Shown: positions 57,554-64,000 of the stretch, in pieces
Layout of the letters: every line of letters starts with the position of its first letter
Position numbering within the stretch: position 1 is the stretch's first letter
NCBI GenBank assembly: GCA_963713825.1
Contig: CAVQNG010000025.1
Span: 768,001 to 832,000 of the forward strand
From: an uncultured Acidobacteriota bacterium
GTDB taxonomy: Bacteria > Acidobacteriota > Thermoanaerobaculia > Multivoradales > JAHEKO01
Direction of reading: 5' to 3'
Length of the DNA: 64,000 bases
Program-made: the position numbers and the translations under genes
Notes under the pieces: generated by a model
What the model saw: the letters and a program-made list of their open reading frames with translations, nothing else
Database searches by the model: none
What the model was told of the DNA's origin: nothing

Positions 57554-58729
57554 TCATGGGGCCGAGTAGCCGGTCAGCTCGACGTAGCCTCGGCCCGAGA
57601 TCGGTATCCCCTGGCGGTCGCCTTCCACCCGTACTGCGCCTTCCCAATAGAGAACCGACAGGCGAAGCTCTTGATCCTGCAGGACTGGCTCGATCGTCAG
57701 CTCCAGTCCCTCTTCTGGCACAGTCAGGAGCCAGCCCGAGGGGTACTGCACTCCGGTCTCTGAACTGGTCCACCTGTCCAGGACCTCGAGTCGGAAGTCG
57801 TTCCACAATAAGGAGGAGCGTGAGCCCTCTGCCTCGATGAGGCTGCCGCTGCTCATCGGATCGGCAGTCCCATCGTCACGCCGTATCTGATAGACCATCA
57901 GGTCGGTACCATCGTCGAGTTGCAACGCGAACCAGTCCCAGCCGCTCTGGTTCGCCTCGAGAGCGCTGGTGCTCCACTCTCGGTCGAACCAGCTGTTGCC
58001 TCGAACCTCGAGCTCGCGCCCTTCGAGGTGGATCTGGCCGGACGTTGCAAGTCGAGTGAAGGCATAGTAGTACGAGGCGTTGCCCGGCTCGCTTCCTTTG
58101 CGGCTCAGACCGGCCTCGCCTTGGAGCACGATGGGCTTTGTTGCGACGAGCTCCAGGTCCAGTGCGAGCTCTCCAGCCGAAGCCTTCAATCGAAACGTGG
58201 AAGAGGAGTCGTCTCTGCTCAACTCCCAGTCTTCGAGCCAGGCCCGAAATGGCGCCGGCTCGACACCGGCCAGGCCGGCGGCGCCGCGCGCGAACCTCTC
58301 GACGGCAAAGAAGCGGCTGTTCTCGACATCGGTCAGAGCGAGATGGCCCATATAGACCTGCCGTGTGGCCCACCGCGATCGCCTTGGTGTCTGCTCGGCT
58401 GCCAGGGCATTTCGAAACAGGGTGAATTGGTAGCCGAATCGACGTCCCGACGAGGTGGTCAGATTGCCGGTCAAATACCACCATTCGGTGCGAAAGTCGG
58501 GGTGGGAGCCAAGGTCCTCGGGGAAGACGAACAGCCTCGGCTCAGTGGCGCGAGCGAAGCCCTCCGCCTCTCCTGACAGCAAGTGGGAAAGCTCGAGGCC
58601 GGCGGTCGCAACTGGCCTATTCTCATCGGTCAGCTGGTCATCAGGAGGAGTGCGGCAGCCAACGAAGGACAGCACCGTCAAAACCAGCAGGTGCCGCAGG
58701 AAACCATTCCACACGACAGGCCAGCGCAT
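57554..58729 (-). CDS. AttH / CrtC-like lipocalin-domain lipoprotein
   Basis: HP.FRTEWWY, GYQFT.FR, ASYYY, W.DREWS, GWDWF, YWEG, GYVELTGY; lipobox FVGC; start ATG 58729. Confidence 0.85.
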   Translation of the reverse strand: MRWPVVWNGFLRHLLVLTVLSFVGCRTPPDDQLTDENRPVATAGLELSHLLSGEAEGFARATEPRLFVFPEDLGSHPDFRTEWWYLTGNLTTSSGRRFGYQFTLFRNALAAEQTPRRSRWATRQVYMGHLALTDVENSRFFAVERFARGAAGLAGVEPAPFRAWLEDWELSRDDSSSTFRLKASAGELALDLELVATKPIVLQGEAGLSRKGSEPGNASYYYAFTRLATSGQIHLEGRELEVRGNSWFDREWSTSALEANQSGWDWFALQLDDGTDLMVYQIRRDDGTADPMSSGSLIEAEGSRSSLLWNDFRLEVLDRWTSSETGVQYPSGWLLTVPEEGLELTIEPVLQDQELRLSVLYWEGAVRVEGDRQGIPISGRGYVELTGYSAP

Positions 58730-58730
58730 G

Positions 58731-61292
58731 CTACTCCTCCCGCAGCGCTTCGGAGGGCCGTGTGCGAGCCATCCGCCACGCCGGGTAGAGGCCGGCAAGC
58801 AATGCCGCTACAACACCCACCGCGACGGCTTGGACCAGAGTGAGAGGAAAGAGATCCAATTCGAGGCTCCAACCGAACGATCGCCGATTGATGGTGTAGA
58901 CCATGATGGCGGCCATCGACACACCAACAGGCAAGGAAAGCAGCCCGGCAGTCAAACCCATGAGGCCCGTCTGCTGGGTCACCAGCATCCACAGCTGACC
59001 TGGGGTCAGGCCGCAGGCTCGCATCACGCCCAGCTCCCGGGTGCGCTCGAGCTGCAGCGCCAGCAGTGCGCTCAGAACTCCGACGAAGGCGACGAGGACC
59101 GCCAATGTGCGCAGTACTCCGGTGATGACGAAGGTGCGATCGAAAATGCGCATCGACTCTTGCCGCAATTGGCTGTTGCTGCTGAGCCGCACCCGCAGGT
59201 CGGGTGGTAGGCGGCCACGGATTAGCTCGCTCAGCTCGTCGAGATTCGTGCCGGCTGCGGTATGAATGGAGAGGGCCGTCGCTCCATCATCGCTCCAGCC
59301 CCGCTGGTAGAGGGATCGATCGAGCATCAGCAGGCCCTGTTCGGTCGAGTAGTCGTAGAAGATTCCGGCGATGGGCAGCTCGAAGACCTCTTTCGCTGAG
59401 AGGATCCTGACGCTGTCACCCTCCTCGAGGCCGCGTCGATAGGCGAAGGACTCTGAGACCATGACGGCCTCGCCTGCCTCGATTCGGCGCCAGATCGCCG
59501 TCGGATCTCCTTGCCGAAAAGCAAATGCTCCGTGGCTTTCCGGCGACAGCTCGAAGGCCACGGCTTGAACGGACTCGCCGTCGACGACTGCCGAGAAGTG
59601 GGTGAGGAGGTTGATCGCGAGAACCTGATCGAGGTCCGTGATCGTGTCGATCGTCGCCTGGTCGATGGTGACACCGCCCGGCGAGAAGCGGCGGGCGGGT
59701 GCTGTGAATACCGACAAATAGAGATCCGCCGGCAGCGCATATTCGAGCCATCGGTTCACCGTGCCACGGAAGCTCCGCACCATGAGATCCACCCCGACCG
59801 TCACCGAGAGCGCCATCATCAGGGCGGCGATGGCGATTCCGGTGCGGCTGAGAGCGGTTACGACTCCGCGCGTGGCGATCCGGCCGAGCTGACCGGAAAT
59901 TGCGCCGGCGAAAGGTGTCAGCCAGCGCATGAGTGCCATCGTGGCGAGCGGTGTCAGCAAGGCGTAGCCAACCAGTACAGCGAACAGGCCAACAAAGGCG
60001 AGCCACAGGGCGCCGCTCGGAAGGAAGATCAGGCCGGTACCGAGAATCAGCAGCAGGACTCCAAGAAACGACAGCGCAGGAATAGCGCGGTGAACCCGTG
60101 ACTCGAGCTCGGAGCGCACCAATGCCTCCCGGGGCTCCGTGTTGGTCGCTTCGATAGAGGGTGCAATCGCCGCCGCTGCCGTCGCCGTCAACCCAAGGAG
60201 ACCTCCTTTCAGGAGCGTCCATGGGGCCACTGCCACTTCTCGGACGTCGACTGCGAAATAGAGATCGTTGATGGTCTGGGTGACGCGACCGATGAGGCTC
60301 TGACCGAGCCACAGACCGGCCAGCTCGCCGAGGATGGTGCCCGCAGCTCCGATGAGCACAGCCTCCCCCAAGATCAGCAGGAAGATCTCTCTACGGGTCG
60401 TTCCCAGTACCCGCAGAATCGCCAGAAGGGGACGCCGTTGCACGACAGCGAAGGTCATGGTGTTGTAGATGAGGAAGGCGCCGCAAAGCAGGGCCAGTAG
60501 GCTCAGTGCCTGCAGGTTGAGCCGGAAAGCCCGGGTCATCTGCTCCGCCGTCGACGTTCGACCGCGCCTGGATCGTAGGTCGGTGGTCGGTGGCAAGATC
60601 GCCGCGACACTCTCCTCGAACTCGGCTTCTGTCAGTGCGGGCGGTCGAATCAAGTCGATGCGCGTCAGACTCCCGACAAGACCGAGAGTCTCCTGGGCCG
60701 TAGCTATGTCGACGACGAGTAGGTCCCGGATTGCGGCCAGCTGGGCATCGTCCGTCGCCTGCAGATGGCCTACCAAAACCAAGGTTCGCACCGCGCCGCC
60801 AATGTCGACCTCGAATTCGTCTCCGGGCTCGATGCCGAGAGAGCTCGCGGCGTCAGCGGCCAGAAGGGCAGCCCCCGGTAGGGTCAGGAAGACCCCGAGA
60901 TCGAGGCTGCCCTGTGGCCCCGAGCTGGTGAAGTTGCGAAACCGGGCTTCAGCGAACGGCTCGATGCCCATGATGGAAAAGGTTGGGGAGTCTGGCCTCA
61001 GAAGCTTGGCATGGCCCTCGACCACCGGGGCCACGCGACGCAAGCCGAGATCGATGCGGAGCTGCTGGTAGAGCTCCTCGGGGACGACACCGTCGAGACC
61101 GACAATCTGGTGTGTCGCTTTGCCGGCGATCGTGTCCGTGGAAAGCTCGAATGCTCTGAGAGCACTGCCGTTGGCGACATCGATACCGACGACGACGGCG
61201 ACACCGAGAGCAACTCCCAGAATGGCCAGGGCGAGCTGCAGGGGATGGCGCTGCAGGTGCCGAAGACTCGACTTCCAAAGGAGTCTCTTCAC
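58731..61292 (-). CDS. FtsX/MacB-like ABC permease with duplicated modules (AttF/G-like)
   Basis: GVALGVAVVV, FLIYN, R.LG, two periplasmic-plus-TM modules, LYPA..., ALREE. Confidence 0.9.
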   Translation of the reverse strand: MKRLLWKSSLRHLQRHPLQLALAILGVALGVAVVVGIDVANGSALRAFELSTDTIAGKATHQIVGLDGVVPEELYQQLRIDLGLRRVAPVVEGHAKLLRPDSPTFSIMGIEPFAEARFRNFTSSGPQGSLDLGVFLTLPGAALLAADAASSLGIEPGDEFEVDIGGAVRTLVLVGHLQATDDAQLAAIRDLLVVDIATAQETLGLVGSLTRIDLIRPPALTEAEFEESVAAILPPTTDLRSRRGRTSTAEQMTRAFRLNLQALSLLALLCGAFLIYNTMTFAVVQRRPLLAILRVLGTTRREIFLLILGEAVLIGAAGTILGELAGLWLGQSLIGRVTQTINDLYFAVDVREVAVAPWTLLKGGLLGLTATAAAAIAPSIEATNTEPREALVRSELESRVHRAIPALSFLGVLLLILGTGLIFLPSGALWLAFVGLFAVLVGYALLTPLATMALMRWLTPFAGAISGQLGRIATRGVVTALSRTGIAIAALMMALSVTVGVDLMVRSFRGTVNRWLEYALPADLYLSVFTAPARRFSPGGVTIDQATIDTITDLDQVLAINLLTHFSAVVDGESVQAVAFELSPESHGAFAFRQGDPTAIWRRIEAGEAVMVSESFAYRRGLEEGDSVRILSAKEVFELPIAGIFYDYSTEQGLLMLDRSLYQRGWSDDGATALSIHTAAGTNLDELSELIRGRLPPDLRVRLSSNSQLRQESMRIFDRTFVITGVLRTLAVLVAFVGVLSALLALQLERTRELGVMRACGLTPGQLWMLVTQQTGLMGLTAGLLSLPVGVSMAAIMVYTINRRSFGWSLELDLFPLTLVQAVAVGVVAALLAGLYPAWRMARTRPSEALREE

Positions 61293-62005
61293 GCTGGGCC
61301 TTCCTTGTCGAGCTCGACGAGCCGCCCGTTCTCGATGGTGAGGATGCGGTCGGCCAGCCCGACGACCTGCTGACTGTGAGTAGCCATCAGCAAAGTGCGA
61401 CCACTCTGGCGGGTCAGGCTGTCGAGCAGGTCGATGACTTGCCGGCCCGTCCCGACATCCAAATTGCCGGTGGGTTCGTCGGCCAGAATGAGCTGCGGCT
61501 GATGGATCAGGCCTCGCGCCACCGCAACCCGCTGTCGCTCACCGCCGGAAAGACGGTCCGGGAAAGAGTCGGCTCGGTCGACAAGTCCAACCGCTGAGAG
61601 CATCTCCAGACAAGGCCCCCGCATCACCTCGGTGCTGGCCCCATCGAGCTCGAGAGGCAGAAGCAGGTTTTCCAGAACCGTCAATGTCGGCAGCAGATTG
61701 AAGAACTGGAAGATGAAACCGATGTTGCGTCTTCGAAACAGGGTGCGATCTCGCTCCCCAAGGCTGGTGATCTCGATGCCGCCAATCGCAACACTTCCGC
61801 TGTCGGGCTGATCGAGTCCGCCGAGAAGGTTGAGCAGTGTCGACTTCCCGGAGCCGCTTCTCCCCAAGAGGACGACCAGCTCCCCTGGCTGAACGAGTAA
61901 GTCGACGCCTTCGAGAACGATGTGATCCCGATCTGCCTCGCGATAGCTCTTCGAGACACCGCTCAAGTCGATCGTCGGTGCTCGATCGGATAGATCAGTG
62001 GTCAT
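61289..62005 (-). CDS. ABC transporter ATP-binding protein, LolD/AttE-like
   Basis: GRSGSGKS, IGFIFQFFNL, LSGGE.QR, ADEPTGNLD; GGAG RBS before ATG 62005. Confidence 0.93.
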   Translation of the reverse strand: MTTDLSDRAPTIDLSGVSKSYREADRDHIVLEGVDLLVQPGELVVLLGRSGSGKSTLLNLLGGLDQPDSGSVAIGGIEITSLGERDRTLFRRRNIGFIFQFFNLLPTLTVLENLLLPLELDGASTEVMRGPCLEMLSAVGLVDRADSFPDRLSGGERQRVAVARGLIHQPQLILADEPTGNLDVGTGRQVIDLLDSLTRQSGRTLLMATHSQQVVGLADRILTIENGRLVELDKEGPA

Positions 62006-62083
62006 GGAACGGCTCCTCTCGCGCGTCTGGCAATTGGCGTGGTGGCTGAACTGATGTCCGCTAGAATGCCACAGGAGGATTGA

Positions 62084-62503
62084 ATGAGCGAGCGCAAGTA
62101 CAAGCAGAGCGGTTACCAGGACGATGAGCCCCGCGAGAAGAGGTCGCGGCCTTCGGGGCCGCGCGAGAAATCCGACAAGCCACGCGGCCGTGGTTTGGGC
62201 AAGCCGACGAAGTCGGTCTTCCGGTGCAGCCGATGCGGCCAGAGTCAGGCAGTGGGGCAGGATGTGGCGTTCGATGCGACCTGCTCTGGATGTGGCGACG
62301 ATCTGCATGCCTGCACGAATTGCACGCACTTCGACAGCTCGGCACCGATGGAATGCCGCTTGGAGATTCCACAGCCCATCGCCAAGAAGTCGAAGCGCAA
62401 TCAGTGTGACCTCTTCGAACCCAAAACGACTCAGGAGTTCGAAAAGGAAACTCCACCGCCTGATGACGCGAGGGCGGCCTTCGATGCTCTATTCAAGCTA
62501 TAG
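62084..62503 (+). CDS. Hypothetical Cys-rich zinc-ribbon-like protein
   Basis: AGGAGG RBS; CSRC, CSGC, HACTNC and two further Cys. Confidence 0.75.
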   Translation: MSERKYKQSGYQDDEPREKRSRPSGPREKSDKPRGRGLGKPTKSVFRCSRCGQSQAVGQDVAFDATCSGCGDDLHACTNCTHFDSSAPMECRLEIPQPIAKKSKRNQCDLFEPKTTQEFEKETPPPDDARAAFDALFKL

Positions 62504-62548
62504 CGGCTGCTTGTCCCATAACTGACCGAGTGATTCCTGCGGGAGAGC

Positions 62549-63910
62549 ATGATGTCCGATCCCACAGCCGTTGTTCAGAAGATCGGGGACTTTGTATGGG
62601 GTCCTTTTCTGCTCATTCCTCTCCTGCTGCTGACCGGTCTGTACCTGACGATTCGCCTTCGCGGTATCCAGTTCCGCAAGCTCTGGCACTCCCTCTACGT
62701 TGCTCTGATCGTCCGACGGGAGAAGGGGGCTGAAGGCGACATCTCTCACTTTCAGGCGCTGATGACGGCGCTGGCAGCCACGGTTGGGACTGGAAACATC
62801 GTCGGGGTGGCAACAGCGATCGCAACCGGCGGCCCGGGGGCGCTCTTCTGGATGTGGATGACCGGTCTGGTGGGGATGGCGACCAAGTTCTCCGAGGCCC
62901 TGCTGTCGGTCAAATTCCGCGTTACCGACGAGAGGGGAGAGCAGTGCGGTGGCCCGATGTACTACTTGGCCAACGGTATCCGGTGGCGAGGCCTGGGCAA
63001 GACCCTTGGGTGGCTCTTCGCGTTGTTCGCGGTCTTTGCCTCATTCGGCATCGGCAACATGGTGCAGTCGAACTCGGTGGCGCACGCGCTGAACTCGTCC
63101 TTCAGATTGCCGGTCTGGGTCACCGGGTTGATTCTGGCGGTTGCAGCAGGACTGGTGATCCTCGGTGGAATCAAGTCCATCGGCAGATTTACCGGGATCT
63201 TCGTACCGGTCATGATTGCCGCCTACATGCTCGGCTCAGGGCTGGTGTTGATTCGGTTTGCAGGCCAGATTCCCGCGGCGCTCGGCCTGGTGTTCGAAGG
63301 CGCCTTCAGCGGTACCGCGGCTGTCGGCGGTTTTGCGGGGGCGGCTGTTCGTCAGGCGATTCGATTCGGCGTGGCCCGGGGAATTTTCTCCAACGAATCG
63401 GGTCTCGGTTCGGCGGGCATCGCTGCTGCCGCGGCGCAGACCAAGGAGCCGGTGCGCCAGGCTCTGGTTTCCATGACGCAGACTTTCATCGACACCATCG
63501 TCGTGTGCTCGTTCACTGGCCTGGCCATCCTGGTGACCGGTGGCTGGCAAGAGGGTCTCAATGGCGCCGCCCTGACCCAGTTCGCATTCGCTCACGGGCT
63601 GCCAGGGGAGTGGGGAGGATGGATCGTGGCGGTCTGCCTGTCGATGTTCGCTTTCTCGACCATGCTCGGGTGGAGCTACTACGGAGAGAAGAGCGTCGAA
63701 TACCTGATGGGAGAGCGGTTCATTCTGCCGTATCGGATCCTCTTCATCGGCGCCATCTTTTTTGGTGCCATTCGGAGCCTCGACTTCGTCTGGGGACTGT
63801 CCGACGTCATGAATGGACTCATGGCGCTTCCCAACCTCGTGGGCTTGCTGCTGCTGAGCGGGGTCATCGTCAAAGAGACGCGCGACTACTTCAAGCGCAC
63901 AGGCGAGTAG
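62549..63910 (+). CDS. Alanine/glycine:cation symporter (AGCS family)
   Basis: [49 protein letters not shown]. Confidence 0.95.
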   Translation: MMSDPTAVVQKIGDFVWGPFLLIPLLLLTGLYLTIRLRGIQFRKLWHSLYVALIVRREKGAEGDISHFQALMTALAATVGTGNIVGVATAIATGGPGALFWMWMTGLVGMATKFSEALLSVKFRVTDERGEQCGGPMYYLANGIRWRGLGKTLGWLFALFAVFASFGIGNMVQSNSVAHALNSSFRLPVWVTGLILAVAAGLVILGGIKSIGRFTGIFVPVMIAAYMLGSGLVLIRFAGQIPAALGLVFEGAFSGTAAVGGFAGAAVRQAIRFGVARGIFSNESGLGSAGIAAAAAQTKEPVRQALVSMTQTFIDTIVVCSFTGLAILVTGGWQEGLNGAALTQFAFAHGLPGEWGGWIVAVCLSMFAFSTMLGWSYYGEKSVEYLMGERFILPYRILFIGAIFFGAIRSLDFVWGLSDVMNGLMALPNLVGLLLLSGVIVKETRDYFKRTGE

Positions 63911-63912
63911 AT

Positions 63913-64000
63913 TTGCTCTTCTCAGTGGCCGCCGACCTGGTGGCGTCACTGCACTTTGCGTTTGTTGTTTTTGTGTTGTTGGGCGGCCTCCTCGTGGTGC
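63913..64000 (+). CDS. Probable DUF2784 membrane protein, truncated by the window edge
   Basis: TTG-started MLFSVAADLVASLHFAFVVFVLLGGLLVV matches my recollection of the DUF2784 N-terminus (ADLV..LHFAF..FV..GG). Confidence 0.6.
   Translation, partial: MLFSVAADLVASLHFAFVVFVLLGGLLVV

Overview
GC-rich (roughly 60-65% by eye) bacterial chromosomal window with no prophage, transposase, rRNA, tRNA or CRISPR array that I can support. Gene content suggests a diderm organism, plausibly Acidobacteriota (inference only). Positions 1-24.2 kb form a cell-surface island: GT2/GT4 glycosyltransferases, a Wzm/Wzt glycan exporter, an SGNH-like protein, five sulfatase-fold proteins that all have Thr in place of the formylglycine Cys/Ser, three tandem signal-peptide-bearing fibre proteins with C-terminal Peptidase_S74 chaperone domains and a shared ~145-nt leader architecture, a separately transcribed secreted beta-rich protein, and a tiny lipoprotein carrying an 'IHEDGFEAGDxxxW' motif. 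Positions 24.5-64 kb are mostly housekeeping: stand-alone infC with an ATT start, a COG2403 protein, fhs, xdhC-mocA, upp, hemW, lepA, pruA, an S9 peptidase, a complete his operon with an unannotated His-rich attenuator leader and two fusions (HisC-HAD and HisA-HisI-HisE), an AttEFGH-like ABC system and an AGCS symporter. The best candidate for an undescribed system is the surface island, in particular the non-phage secreted S74 fibres and a hypothesised DGFE-tag/catcher pair. All family assignments come from motif recognition by eye; no database search was run.
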